64,000 nucleotides of DNA. Source: Eubacteriales bacterium (lineage in GTDB: Bacteria > Bacillota > Clostridia > Oscillospirales > SIG627). Where the stretch lies: assembly GCA_045597125.1 (NCBI GenBank), contig JAZODR010000052.1:34947-98946 (forward strand), given 5' to 3'. This document shows positions 38,647 to 48,919 of the stretch, one piece after another. A program made the position numbers and the translations under genes. Positions within the stretch are counted from its first letter, which is position 1; every line of letters begins with the position of its first letter. Under the pieces are notes generated by a model. It did no database searches. It was not told the DNA's origin and worked only from the letters and a program-made list of their open reading frames with translations.

Positions 38647-39511
38647 ACTTCTCACCAGTTACCATCGTACCTGCGCCTTCATCCGTCAGAAGCTCCATCA
38701 AGATGGAATGAGGTACTCTTCCGTCCATAATAACCACGTTTTTTACACCCTCTCGAATAGCTTCAATGCAGCACTCCACCTTGGGAATCATACCACCGGA
38801 AACGATTCCCTGTTTTTTCAATTCTTCAGCCTGATCGATGCTAACATAATGAATCAGCGAAGAAGGATCATCGCGGTCACGGAGGATCCCCGCAATATCG
38901 GTCATCATAATCAATCTCTCAGCGCCGAGAGCACCCGCAATATAAGCTGCTGCCGTATCACCATTGATGTTATATGAATTACCTTCGCGATCACAACCGA
39001 TTGTTGAAATAACAGGAATATAATTTTTTTCCAAAAGGTCCATAACAGGTGCAATGTTAATCTTAGTAATCTTTCCCACATAGCCCAGTCTTTCATCTTT
39101 GGTGGTCGCTTCAATCAAGCGGCCGTCCATACCGGAAATACCCATTGCCTTTCCGCCCTTGGACTCCAAAAGATTAACAAGAGTTTTATTCACCTTTCCT
39201 GCCAAAACCATTTGCGCAATATCAATGGTTTCTTTATCAGTAACACGAAGGCCCTCAATGAAAACAGCTTTCTTGCCGAGCTTTTCCATCATTTCGCTAA
39301 TCTCAGGTCCGCCACCGTGAACCAGAACGATTTTAACACCGATGAGCCAAAGCAAAGCAACATCTTCCATTACCTGCATTTTTAAATGCTCATCTATCAT
39401 AGCATTTCCGCCATATTTTACAACAACGATTTTATTGTTGTAACGCTTAATATAGGGCAAAGCCTGCGTAAGCATTTCAGCACGGACAGCATTGGAAATA
39501 TTCATATCCAT
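38639..39511 (-). CDS. argB: acetylglutamate kinase
   Basis: VVKYGGNAM, VHGGGP, INGDTAA motifs. Confidence 0.9.
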   Translation of the reverse strand: MDMNISNAVRAEMLTQALPYIKRYNNKIVVVKYGGNAMIDEHLKMQVMEDVALLWLIGVKIVLVHGGGPEISEMMEKLGKKAVFIEGLRVTDKETIDIAQMVLAGKVNKTLVNLLESKGGKAMGISGMDGRLIEATTKDERLGYVGKITKINIAPVMDLLEKNYIPVISTIGCDREGNSYNINGDTAAAYIAGALGAERLIMMTDIAGILRDRDDPSSLIHYVSIDQAEELKKQGIVSGGMIPKVECCIEAIREGVKNVVIMDGRVPHSILMELLTDEGAGTMVTGEKYE

Positions 39512-39520
39512 TTTAACACC

Positions 39521-40735
39521 TCAAGTACGGTAGTCACCGTTAATTTTTACATAATCGTAGGTCAAATCACAGCCCCAAGCAGTAGCGTTTCCCACACCGT
39601 TTCCTAGGTCAATACGAATTTCAATTTCCTTTTCAAGCAAAATTTCTTTTGCTTTTTCTTCAGAGAAATCCACACCCGCACCATTTTTGCAAACACAAAT
39701 CTTACCTTTCTTGCTCACAAAGGAAACGGCAACTTGATTTACATCAACATTTGCACCGCTATAGCCGATGGCACAAAGAATTCTGCCCCAGTTTGCATCT
39801 GCACCAAACATAGCCGCCTTCAAAAGATTGGAGCAAATTACGCTCTTAGCAATTATCTTGGCATCCTTCACCGTAGAAGCACCGCATACAGAGCACTCCA
39901 GAAGCTTTGTTGCACCTTCTCCATCAGCAGCAATCATACGGGAAAGAGCTACCGAAACGGTGTTAAGAGCCTTCATAAAAACTGCAAAATCAGCATCATC
40001 TTTTTCAACCACAGGATTTCCTGCACAACCATTTGCCATTACAATCACATTGTCATTGGTAGAGGTATCTCCGTCAACACTGATCATATTAAAGGTATTT
40101 TGAACATCAGTGGAAAGTGCCTTTTGAAGCATTTCTGCGGAAATAGCAGCATCGGTAGTAATAAAAACAAGCATCGTTGCCATATTGGGATGAATCATCC
40201 CGCTTCCCTTTGCAATGCCACCCATTCGGCAAATCTTACCACCCAGCTCAAACTCTACGGCAATTTCCTTTTTTGTAAGATCGGTAGTCATAATTGCCTT
40301 TGCAGCTGCATCGGAACCGTCATAAGAAAGCTTGGTAAGAAGTGTGGGCAAGCCGTTCTCAATTGGCTCTAAAGATAAGGGTTGACCGATTACACCGGTG
40401 GAGGCAACCAAAACATCATCGGATTGAACACCAAGACCTTCGGCTGCAAGTGAACACATTGCTTCTGCAATTTCAATGCCGTTGGCATTACAAGTATTCG
40501 CATTGCCACTGTTGATAATGACAGCACGGGCAACACCGTTTTCAAGGTGTTTACGAGTAACGGTCAACGGTGCGCCTTTTACCAAATTGCACGTATAAAC
40601 AGCAGCAGAACTGCAAGAAGTATCACTACATATCAAAGCAAGATCGGGTTTTGTTTTATTTTTTCGAATTCCGCAATGTATGCCGGAGGCACGAAAGCCC
40701 TGCGCCGCGCAGACACCACCATCAATGATTTTCAT
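39521..40735 (-). CDS. argJ: bifunctional ornithine acetyltransferase/N-acetylglutamate synthase ArgJ
   Basis: 404 aa. It has the autoprocessing site ATMLVFITTDA and the C-terminal DL...YV.INGDYRT. Confidence 0.9.
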   Translation of the reverse strand: MKIIDGGVCAAQGFRASGIHCGIRKNKTKPDLALICSDTSCSSAAVYTCNLVKGAPLTVTRKHLENGVARAVIINSGNANTCNANGIEIAEAMCSLAAEGLGVQSDDVLVASTGVIGQPLSLEPIENGLPTLLTKLSYDGSDAAAKAIMTTDLTKKEIAVEFELGGKICRMGGIAKGSGMIHPNMATMLVFITTDAAISAEMLQKALSTDVQNTFNMISVDGDTSTNDNVIVMANGCAGNPVVEKDDADFAVFMKALNTVSVALSRMIAADGEGATKLLECSVCGASTVKDAKIIAKSVICSNLLKAAMFGADANWGRILCAIGYSGANVDVNQVAVSFVSKKGKICVCKNGAGVDFSEEKAKEILLEKEIEIRIDLGNGVGNATAWGCDLTYDYVKINGDYRT

Positions 40736-40747
40736 ATTTTCCCTCCA

Positions 40748-41671
40748 TCAAACGGCAAGTCCCGTATCTTCCGGGACACCGAGAATCAAATTCATATTTT
40801 GAATTGCTGCGCCACTTGCGCCTTTGCCAAGATTATCAAATCTGGCAGTCAAAAGGATGCGCTGGTCATTACCGCTTACAGTAATCTGCATATCATCTCT
40901 TCCTGAAAAAGCTCCGGCAGATAAAAATCCGTTCTCATCGGCATCTTTTGCAAAATGAATCAAGCCACTTTGATAATATTCAACAAAAAAATCCTCAAGC
41001 TCCGATTTGGAGCACAAAAGATTATCTGCAAACAAAGGAACGGTAACTTCCATACCGCTATAAAAAGGAGCTACAATGGGACAAAATGCCGGAGCAGTTT
41101 GCAAAGAGCACAATGAAACAATTTCCTTTAAATGTTTATGCTGTTGGCTTAAACCATAAAGTCTTGGCGCATCCAGAAGTTTATTACGTTTTTCTCCCTC
41201 ATATTCAGCAATCATTTGCTTTCCGCCGCCGGAATAACCGGTCAGAGAAAAGCATGAAAGAATGGCATCATTTTTCAGCACACCTTCACGAACCAAAGGT
41301 GCAACCAGCGCTACCACACCGCTGGCGTGGCATCCGGGATTTGCAATCCTCTTAGAAGATATGATTTTTTCTTTTTGTCCCTTCAATTCGGGAAAGCCAT
41401 AAACCCATGCAGGATTTGTACGATGCGCTGTGGAAGTATCAATCAAAACTGTTTCAGGATTTTCTACAAGCAAAGAAGATTCAATCGCGGCGGCATCGGG
41501 AAGACAAAGAAAAGCAATGTCAGCCGAATTCAGCGCTTGTTTTCTTGCAACAGGATCTTTGCGAAGGTCTTCGGAAAGGGTAATAACCTGCAAATCCTTG
41601 CGCTGTGCCAAACGTTCATGAATACGGAGCCCCGTTGTTCCTGCACTACCGTCAATAAATATCTTTTTCAT
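40748..41671 (-). CDS. argC: N-acetyl-gamma-glutamyl-phosphate reductase (short type)
   Basis: G.TG..G......L, NPGCHA (active-site Cys), DNL.KGA.G.A.QN. Confidence 0.88.
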   Translation of the reverse strand: MKKIFIDGSAGTTGLRIHERLAQRKDLQVITLSEDLRKDPVARKQALNSADIAFLCLPDAAAIESSLLVENPETVLIDTSTAHRTNPAWVYGFPELKGQKEKIISSKRIANPGCHASGVVALVAPLVREGVLKNDAILSCFSLTGYSGGGKQMIAEYEGEKRNKLLDAPRLYGLSQQHKHLKEIVSLCSLQTAPAFCPIVAPFYSGMEVTVPLFADNLLCSKSELEDFFVEYYQSGLIHFAKDADENGFLSAGAFSGRDDMQITVSGNDQRILLTARFDNLGKGASGAAIQNMNLILGVPEDTGLAV

Positions 41672-43047
41672 TTCGATTCGATCCTTTCTTTTACGTACGC
41701 GATCTGCGAATCAACTGAACCGAGAGAGGTTCCACCCTCGCTGATTCTTTTTTCTACGCAGTTTACAAGATCGATGTCTGCATAAACATCCTCTTCAATT
41801 AAATCGGAAAAGGATTTAAATTCATCCAAGGTCAAATTCTCGAGAACCTTCCCGTTCTGAATACAAAAAGCCACAGCAGTACCGGAAATCTTATAAGCAG
41901 TTCTGAACGGAAGGCCTTTTTTCACCAAATAGTCAGCAAGATCAGTTGCATTGATAAAGCCCTTTTGAGCGGCTTTTTTCATATTTTCGCGATTTGCCTT
42001 CATTCCCGAAAGCATTCCGCAAAATACATCCAGACACATTTTTACGGTATCGCAGGCATCGAAAATGCTTTCCTTATCCTCCTGCATATCTTTGTTGTAA
42101 GCCAAGGGCAAACCCTTCAAGGTGGTGAAAAGCGCCATCAAATCGCCATACACGCGGCCGGTCTTTCCTCGTACCAGTTCCGCAATATCGGGATTTTTTT
42201 TCTGAGGCATAATGGAAGAGCCTGTCGTGAAATCATCTGAAAGCTCAATGAACTTAAACTCCCAACTTGCCCAAAGAATAATCTCCTCGGAAAAGCGGGA
42301 AAGATGCATCATCAAAATAGAAAGTGCGCTCATCAGCTCCAAACAAAAATCTCGATCGGAAACAGCATCCAAGGAATTAAGACAAATTCCGTCAAAGGAA
42401 AGCTCTTTTGCCTCAAATCTTCGATCCGTTTCGTATGTAGTGCCCGCTAATGCACAAGCGCCAATAGGCGAAAAGTTCATTCTCTTTTTGCAATCTGCAA
42501 AACGCTCCAAATCACGAAGCAGCATCATGGCATAAGCCATCAGATGATGACCGAAAGAAATCGGCTGGGCTCGCTGAAGATGCGTGTAACCGGGAAGAAT
42601 GTAATCCCGATAAAGTTCTGCCTTTTCGCAAATCACGGAAAGCAGCGAAGCTGTCTTCTCCTCAAACAAGGCTATTTCATCCCGCAAGTACATACGGATA
42701 TCCAATGCCACCTGATCGTTTCTGCTTCTGGCAGTATGAAGCTTCTTGCCCAGATCGCCAAGACGATCCGTGAGCACCTGCTCAACGAACATATGAATAT
42801 CCTCACAGGTCATATCAAAATCAAGCTTTCCGTTTTCAAGATCATCCAGAATTTCGGCAAGACCGCAAATGAGCTCTTTTCCTTCATCCGAAGTTATGAT
42901 TCCTTGCCGTGCCAGCATAGCAGCATGAGCCATACTTCCGCGAATGTCCTGACGATACATTCTGAAATCAAAATGAATCGAAGAATTAAAATCATCAGCG
43001 ATTTGATTCACATTACCGTCTGTCCGACCAGCCCACATTTTTGCCAT
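41668..43047 (-). CDS. argH: argininosuccinate lyase
   Basis: MW.GR, TGSSIMPQKKNPD signature, 459 aa. Confidence 0.92.
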   Translation of the reverse strand: MAKMWAGRTDGNVNQIADDFNSSIHFDFRMYRQDIRGSMAHAAMLARQGIITSDEGKELICGLAEILDDLENGKLDFDMTCEDIHMFVEQVLTDRLGDLGKKLHTARSRNDQVALDIRMYLRDEIALFEEKTASLLSVICEKAELYRDYILPGYTHLQRAQPISFGHHLMAYAMMLLRDLERFADCKKRMNFSPIGACALAGTTYETDRRFEAKELSFDGICLNSLDAVSDRDFCLELMSALSILMMHLSRFSEEIILWASWEFKFIELSDDFTTGSSIMPQKKNPDIAELVRGKTGRVYGDLMALFTTLKGLPLAYNKDMQEDKESIFDACDTVKMCLDVFCGMLSGMKANRENMKKAAQKGFINATDLADYLVKKGLPFRTAYKISGTAVAFCIQNGKVLENLTLDEFKSFSDLIEEDVYADIDLVNCVEKRISEGGTSLGSVDSQIAYVKERIESK

Positions 43048-43078
43048 CGTTTCACTCCTTGAAAGCCAACAATAATTT

Positions 43079-43092
43079 TGAATAAATATTCA
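43079..43092. promoter_or_regulatory. ARG box (ArgR/AhrC operator candidate)
   Basis: TGAATAAATATTCA is a near-perfect palindrome matching the TNTGAATWWWWATTCANW consensus. It sits between the predicted -10 and the argH start. Confidence 0.7.
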
Positions 43093-43114
43093 TAATGTTT
43101 TATTCGACTGAAAT

Positions 43115-43143
43115 ATTATAAACATTTCAGTCTTTCTTGTCAA
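43115..43143 (-). promoter_or_regulatory. sigma-A-like promoter of the arg operon
   Basis: Minus strand: TTGACA, 17 nt spacer, TATAAT. Confidence 0.65.
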
Positions 43144-43175
43144 TAATTACCGCAAAACTAATTCAAAATTTTTAT

Positions 43176-43214
43176 AAAAAAACAATACCGACCGAAAATA
43201 TTCAGTCGGTATTA
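43176..43214 (-). terminator. intrinsic terminator of the his operon
   Basis: aataccgac-cgaaaatattca-gtcggtatt, followed on the minus strand by a T-run. Confidence 0.7.
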
Positions 43215-43246
43215 TTCTATTTTTTTGAATATTATTCATTTTTAGC

Positions 43247-43897
43247 TTATTTCGTCATTTTTTCCTGCTTCACCTTGTGATCGATCACGTGGCGAGAGGC
43301 AAGCTCGTGATGAATATCTTCTAAGGAAATTCCCATTTGGATCATCAGAACCATCACATGATATGCAAGATCAGCAATTTCGTAAATTGTTTCTTTTTTG
43401 TCATCTGCCTTACCGGCAATGATTACTTCCGTACACTCTTCGCCCACCTTCTTAAGGATTTTATCAAGACCCTTTTCAAAAAGATAAGTAGTATATGACC
43501 CCTCTTTTTTATCAATTTTTCTTCCCTCAATCAGCTTCATCAAAGCTTCCGGAGAGAACTCTTTGAGTTTTTCGCTCTCCCAAACGGGATTCTCAAAGCA
43601 AGATACAGAACCCGTGTGACAAGCAGGTCCGTCAGGTTCTACCATAACGACTAAGGCATCCTTGTCACAATCTGCAGTAATAGAAACAATATGTTGATAG
43701 TTTCCGCTGGTTTCCCCTTTCAGCCACAATTCATTTCGGGAGCGGCTCCAGAAGCAAGTCAAACCTTTTTCCATAGAAATTTCAAGACTTTCGCGATTCA
43801 TATAAGCCAAAGTCAAAACCTTCTTTGTAATCGCATCTACAACAATTGCGGGAATCAAACCTTTTTCATCAAATTTCAATTCACCCATATTTAACAT
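43247..43897 (-). CDS. hisI: bifunctional phosphoribosyl-AMP cyclohydrolase/phosphoribosyl-ATP pyrophosphatase HisIE
   Basis: N-terminal LIPAIV.D, SRSR..LW.KGE.SG, CHTG; a C-terminal MazG-like PRA-PH half. Confidence 0.9.
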   Translation of the reverse strand: MLNMGELKFDEKGLIPAIVVDAITKKVLTLAYMNRESLEISMEKGLTCFWSRSRNELWLKGETSGNYQHIVSITADCDKDALVVMVEPDGPACHTGSVSCFENPVWESEKLKEFSPEALMKLIEGRKIDKKEGSYTTYLFEKGLDKILKKVGEECTEVIIAGKADDKKETIYEIADLAYHVMVLMIQMGISLEDIHHELASRHVIDHKVKQEKMTK

Positions 43898-43909
43898 AAA
43901 AATCCCCCC

Positions 43910-44668
43910 TTAGATTCTCACGGGAATCCCGTGCATATTCAATTCTTTTTTTAAATCGGATATCTCCAGTTCGCGGTAGTGGAAAATCGAAGCCGCAAGA
44001 CCTGCATCCACCTTTGGTAAAGTTTGAAATAGCTCTGTAAAATGTCTGCTGCACCCGGCTCCACCGGAAGCAATCACCGGCACAGAAACCGCACTGCAAA
44101 CCGCTTCAAGCATCTCAAAATCAAAACCGTTTTTAACACCGTCCGTATCAATGGAATTTACAACTACCTCACCTGCACCGTTTTCTACGCAACGGCGGAT
44201 CCATTGAATTCCATCCATTCCGGTATCTACCCTACCGCCTTTGGAAAACAAGCGAAATGTGCCATCTACGCGCTTGATATCCGCGGAAAGTACAACGCAT
44301 TGATCACCGTATCTTTTTGCTGCTTCCCCGATCAAATCGGGATTGCGAATCGCACCGGAATTTACACTCACCTTATCGGCACCGCATTTCAAAACACGGT
44401 CAAAATCCTCAAGTGTATTAATGCCGCCGCCTACCGTTAGAGGAATAAAAATCGTTGATGCAACCTCTTTTAAAATATCGGTAAACAATGCTCTTCCCTC
44501 AGCAGAAGCGGTAATATCATAAAAAACCAATTCATCTGCACCTGCCGAATTATAAAATTTTGCAAGTTCAACAGGAGAAGAGACGTCATTGAGTCCAAGA
44601 AAATTCTTCCCTTTTACTACACGTCCGTCCTTAACATCAAGACAAGGGATAATGCGTTTTGTAATCAT
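43910..44668 (-). CDS. hisF: imidazole glycerol phosphate synthase cyclase subunit HisF
   Basis: KRIIPCLDV..GRVVKG, PLTVGGGI, ASGGAG motifs. Confidence 0.92.
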   Translation of the reverse strand: MITKRIIPCLDVKDGRVVKGKNFLGLNDVSSPVELAKFYNSAGADELVFYDITASAEGRALFTDILKEVASTIFIPLTVGGGINTLEDFDRVLKCGADKVSVNSGAIRNPDLIGEAAKRYGDQCVVLSADIKRVDGTFRLFSKGGRVDTGMDGIQWIRRCVENGAGEVVVNSIDTDGVKNGFDFEMLEAVCSAVSVPVIASGGAGCSRHFTELFQTLPKVDAGLAASIFHYRELEISDLKKELNMHGIPVRI

Positions 44669-45378
44669 TTAGACACCTCGATAGCCTTTTGAAGATCAAT
44701 TGCCTTTGTATAATACGCTTTTCCGATAATTGCACCGTAAAGATCCATTTTTGCCAAACTTTCCACATCCTCCATCGAGGATACTCCGCCGGAAGCAATA
44801 ATTTGCAGATTAAATTTTCGAGAAAGTTCGCCATATAAGGCAAGATTCGTCCCTTGCATTGCTCCATCTTTTGAAATATCGGTGCAAATAATCGTTTTTA
44901 CGCCAAGAGTCTGAATCTTTGAACAAAAATCAAATGCATTTTCAGAAGAAATCTCCGTCCAGCCCTTAATGGCAACCATACCATCCTTCAAGTCAACGCC
45001 CACGGCAATTTTTTCACCATACAATCCAATGGCATCCTCTAAAAATTTCGGATCTTTTACCGCGGCAGTACCAAGGATTACTCGACTCACGCCGCTATTT
45101 AAATAGATCTCAACCGTTTCAAGATTGCGGATACCGCCGCCAACTTCAACGGAAAGATTCGTTTCCTGTACAATTCTGCAAATCGTTTCAAGATTCGGTG
45201 TCAAACCGGATTTTGCGCCTTCAAGATCCACCAAATGAACCCACTTTGCTCCTGCCCTCTCAAAATCCTTCGCTACCGAAACAGGGTCGTCGCTATAAAC
45301 AGTCATTTGTGCATAATCGCCTTTAAACAAACGAACTGCTTTTCCACCTACTATGTCAATCGCGGGAAGAATCAGCAT
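44665..45378 (-). CDS. hisA: ProFAR isomerase HisA
   Basis: ILPAID...GK.VRL..G, VGGGIR, ASGGV. Confidence 0.9.
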   Translation of the reverse strand: MLILPAIDIVGGKAVRLFKGDYAQMTVYSDDPVSVAKDFERAGAKWVHLVDLEGAKSGLTPNLETICRIVQETNLSVEVGGGIRNLETVEIYLNSGVSRVILGTAAVKDPKFLEDAIGLYGEKIAVGVDLKDGMVAIKGWTEISSENAFDFCSKIQTLGVKTIICTDISKDGAMQGTNLALYGELSRKFNLQIIASGGVSSMEDVESLAKMDLYGAIIGKAYYTKAIDLQKAIEVSK

Positions 45379-45379
45379 A

Positions 45380-45994
45380 TTAACCCTCCAATTCGCAAAA
45401 TGCGCGTAAAATCTTCAGTCCTACATCACCGCTTTTTTCTGGGTGGAACTGACAACCGTAAACATTTTTATTCTGCACGGATGCCGTTAATGGCACACTG
45501 TATTCCGCAGTAGCCGTCACATAATCATCACAGCCTGCACCGTAATAGGAATGGACAAAATAAACAAAATCCGAATCATTTAAATACTTGAAAATCTCAG
45601 ACTGTTTAGAAAATTTGAGCGCATTCCAGCCAATATGCGGAATTTTTAAATCCTTAGAAATAACATCTGAAATCGGACGAATCTGTCCCGGAATCAATCC
45701 AAGTCCTTCATATTCTCCATATTCAAAGCTTTTTTCAAATAAAAGCTGCATTCCAAGACAGATTCCCAGAAGAGGCTTTCCACGAGAAACCTCTTCCAGA
45801 ATCACAGGAATGAGCCCTGTTTCGCGAAGCTTTGCAATCGCATCTGAAAAGGCTCCTACACCCGGTAACAAAATACGATCCGCCTGGCGAATCATCTCGG
45901 GATCCCTCGTAACTACCGCTTCATAGCCGATTGCGGCAAAGGAGCTGGATAAAGAAAACAAATTTCCTACGCCGTAATCTATAATTGCAACCAT
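45380..45994 (-). CDS. hisH: imidazole glycerol phosphate synthase glutaminase subunit HisH
   Basis: IIDYG.GN, LPGVGAF, GICLGMQ, HSY, QFHPEKS. Confidence 0.92.
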   Translation of the reverse strand: MVAIIDYGVGNLFSLSSSFAAIGYEAVVTRDPEMIRQADRILLPGVGAFSDAIAKLRETGLIPVILEEVSRGKPLLGICLGMQLLFEKSFEYGEYEGLGLIPGQIRPISDVISKDLKIPHIGWNALKFSKQSEIFKYLNDSDFVYFVHSYYGAGCDDYVTATAEYSVPLTASVQNKNVYGCQFHPEKSGDVGLKILRAFCELEG

Positions 45995-46581
45995 TAGAGA
46001 ACTCCTTTTGTAGATGGGATTTCATCTGCGGCAGAAGGATCAACGGATGTGGCTTGTCTGAGAGCTCTGGCAACCGCTTTAAACGATCCTTCGGCGATAT
46101 GATGAGAATTCCTTCCCGCCATCAAACGAATATGAAGCGCCATGGGACAATTTCGCACAAAGGAAACCCAGAACTCCTCTAAAAGCTCCGTATCAAACGT
46201 GCCAATTTTTTTAGCTCGTATGGGAAGATCATAACTCAGACAGCTTCTTCCCGACAAATCAACTGCAGCCAGAATCAGCGCCTCATCCATGGGCAAAATC
46301 ACAGAGCCGTAACGATAGATTCCTCGCTTATCTCCCAAAGCTTTTTCAAAAGCTTTTCCCAAACAAATACCGATATCCTCGGCACTGTGATGATCATCAA
46401 CATTGGTATCACCTTTGCAAGACACAGAAAGATCAAATTTTCCGTGAGAAGCAAAGAGAGTCAACATATGGTCCAAAAAACCGCAGCCCGTATCTATTTC
46501 TGCTTTACCGCTTCCGTCAAGAGAAAGGAAAAGCGAAATATCTGTTTCCTTGGTTTTTCGGTCAATTTTAAATTCTCTCAT
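45994..46581 (-). CDS. hisB: imidazoleglycerol-phosphate dehydratase HisB
   Basis: R.T.ET.I, GF.DHML, D.HH..ED, GRN.HH..E..FKA. Confidence 0.92.
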   Translation of the reverse strand: MREFKIDRKTKETDISLFLSLDGSGKAEIDTGCGFLDHMLTLFASHGKFDLSVSCKGDTNVDDHHSAEDIGICLGKAFEKALGDKRGIYRYGSVILPMDEALILAAVDLSGRSCLSYDLPIRAKKIGTFDTELLEEFWVSFVRNCPMALHIRLMAGRNSHHIAEGSFKAVARALRQATSVDPSAADEIPSTKGVL

Positions 46582-47642
46582 AATAATTCCTCCAAAATAA
46601 TTTGGATCTGTTTCACAAGCTCCTTCATTTCCTCTTTAGAGCCAATCGTAATTCTACAATAATCTGATACGCGGGGCTTATTAAAATAGCGAACCAGTAT
46701 CCCCTTCTCTTTTAAAGAAAGATATAAAGTTTCCCCCGCGATTTTAGGATGCTTGGCGAAGATGAAATTCGCCGTGGAAGGGGTCATATCAAAGCCAAGT
46801 TTATTAAGTTCTAAAGTAACATAGGATCGGTTTTTAATAATCTTTTGGCAGTTTTCGCGAGTATATGATTCATCGCGAAGGACTCCAATTCCTGCCGCCA
46901 TCGTCATCGTATTAATATTATAGGGATTGGTAGCGTAACGAATGGTTTGCAAATCAGCTATCAAATCCTTAGAACCGACAGCGAAACCAAGTCGTGCACC
47001 GGCCATAGAGCGAGATTTGGAAAAGGTCTGAGTGACCAGAAGATTATCAAATTTTTGAATCAACGGAATACAGCTCTCAGCGCCGAAATCTACATATGCC
47101 TCGTCGATCACAACCACACGGTCAGGATCGGACAAGAGCAATTCTTCAATTTGATTCGGGCTCAATGTGATACCGGTTGGCGCATTGGGATTTGCGATAA
47201 AAACGGTTCCTTTTTGCTTTTTATAGTCCTCCAAGGAAACCGTAAAATCCTCTTTTAACGGAATCGTTTGGTACGGAATACGATTTGCCTCGGCAAATAC
47301 GGAATAGAAACCGTAAGTAATATCGGGAAAAATCGCGGGATGGTCTTCGTCGCAAAACGCCATAAAAGCAAAATTCAGAACGTCATCGGAGCCATTGGTC
47401 CAAATAATCTCGTCGCTTGAAACGCCGAGCATTTCCGCTAAAGTAGATGTTAATTCCCTACAATCGGGATCGGGATAAAGCATTAAGCGCTTTGCTGATT
47501 CTGCCGCCATTTTCTGAGCCAATTGAGAGGGAGGGAACGGAGATTCATTGGTATTGAGCTTAATATATTTCCGTTCTTTCGGTTGTTCACCGGGCGTATA
47601 GGGAACAAGATTTGCATACTTTTTGCTGAAAAAACGACTCAT
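46578..47642 (-). CDS. hisC: histidinol-phosphate aminotransferase HisC
   Basis: KLNTNE.P, NPNAPTG, TFSK...AG.R.G; 354 aa. Confidence 0.9.
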   Translation of the reverse strand: MSRFFSKKYANLVPYTPGEQPKERKYIKLNTNESPFPPSQLAQKMAAESAKRLMLYPDPDCRELTSTLAEMLGVSSDEIIWTNGSDDVLNFAFMAFCDEDHPAIFPDITYGFYSVFAEANRIPYQTIPLKEDFTVSLEDYKKQKGTVFIANPNAPTGITLSPNQIEELLLSDPDRVVVIDEAYVDFGAESCIPLIQKFDNLLVTQTFSKSRSMAGARLGFAVGSKDLIADLQTIRYATNPYNINTMTMAAGIGVLRDESYTRENCQKIIKNRSYVTLELNKLGFDMTPSTANFIFAKHPKIAGETLYLSLKEKGILVRYFNKPRVSDYCRITIGSKEEMKELVKQIQIILEELL

Positions 47643-48919
47643 TTTTTATCCTCCGAGCGAACAATTGCACTTTTCGCGTGAGCAGTTAAGCCTTCTTTTC
47701 TTGCAAAGTATGCAACATCTTGTGCAACAGAATTCAAAGCCGATTCAGAAAAATAAGTATACTGCATTTTTTTAACAAAATCATCCACGGAGAGAGGGCT
47801 GGAAAAACGCGCCGTTCCGCCGGTTGGTAAAGTATGATTAGGACCTGCAAGATAATCTCCCAAAGCCTCGGGACAATTTCTGCCGAGAAAAACAGAGCCT
47901 GCATGGCGAATCCGGTCCAAATAATCAAAAGGATTATCCACGCAAAGCTCCAGATGCTCCGGAGCAATCTCATTTGAAATCCCAATGGCTTCATGCAAAT
48001 CAGAAACCACAATAATTTTTCCGTTATCATCAATTGACGCTCTTGCAATTTCAGCGCGTTCCAAAAGCGGAATTTGTTTTTCCACTTCTGCCTGCACCTG
48101 TTCTGCCAATTGAATGGAGCTGGTAACCAAAACCGCACTGGCGAGCTTATCATGCTCAGCTTGGGACAATAAATCCGAAGCCAAATGCACGGGATTGCTC
48201 TTCTCATCTGCAATGATCAAAATTTCACTGGGGCCGGCAATCATATCAATGGAAACAACACCGAAAACTTGCTTTTTCGCTTCAGCAACGAAAGCGTTGC
48301 CCGGACCTACAATTTTATCAACTCGCGGAATCGTTTCCGTTCCGTAAGCTAAGGCTGCAATTGCTTGCGCGCCACCGACTTTAAAAATTCGGTCAACACC
48401 TGCAACAGATGCGGCTGCAAGAATAACAGGATTAATTTTTCCATCTTTACCGGGAGGAGTAACCATTACAACTTCCGGACAGCCGGCAATCTTTGCGGGA
48501 ATCGCATTCATTAAAACAGAAGACGGGTAAGAAGCAGTTCCGCCGGGAACGTAAAGACCTGCTCGTTCTACAGGCATAATTTTCTGTCCCATGACAACTC
48601 CGTTGTCACGATTTAAAATAAAACTGTTCCGAACCTGCTTTTCGTGAAACAGACGGATGTTTTCTGCCGCAACTTCCAAAATTCGCAAAAACTGAGGCTC
48701 CGTTTGAGCAAGCGCCGATTCAATTTCTTCACGGGAAACTTCCAGCGAAGAAAGTTTTGCCCCGTCAAATTTTTCACAATAAGAAAACAGAGCAAAATCG
48801 CCGTTTTTACGAACGTTTGCAATGATATCCGCTACAATTGACTCTACATCAAACTTGGGCTGAACACGAGAAAAGATCTCAGCAGAAGAAACCTTGTCAT
48901 TCTTCAATATGCGAATCAT
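47639..48919 (-). CDS. hisD: histidinol dehydrogenase HisD
   Basis: GLYVPGGTA.YPSSVLM, AGPSE, QAEHD, and a C-terminal EGL.AH motif. Confidence 0.92.
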   Translation of the reverse strand: MIRILKNDKVSSAEIFSRVQPKFDVESIVADIIANVRKNGDFALFSYCEKFDGAKLSSLEVSREEIESALAQTEPQFLRILEVAAENIRLFHEKQVRNSFILNRDNGVVMGQKIMPVERAGLYVPGGTASYPSSVLMNAIPAKIAGCPEVVMVTPPGKDGKINPVILAAASVAGVDRIFKVGGAQAIAALAYGTETIPRVDKIVGPGNAFVAEAKKQVFGVVSIDMIAGPSEILIIADEKSNPVHLASDLLSQAEHDKLASAVLVTSSIQLAEQVQAEVEKQIPLLERAEIARASIDDNGKIIVVSDLHEAIGISNEIAPEHLELCVDNPFDYLDRIRHAGSVFLGRNCPEALGDYLAGPNHTLPTGGTARFSSPLSVDDFVKKMQYTYFSESALNSVAQDVAYFARKEGLTAHAKSAIVRSEDKK

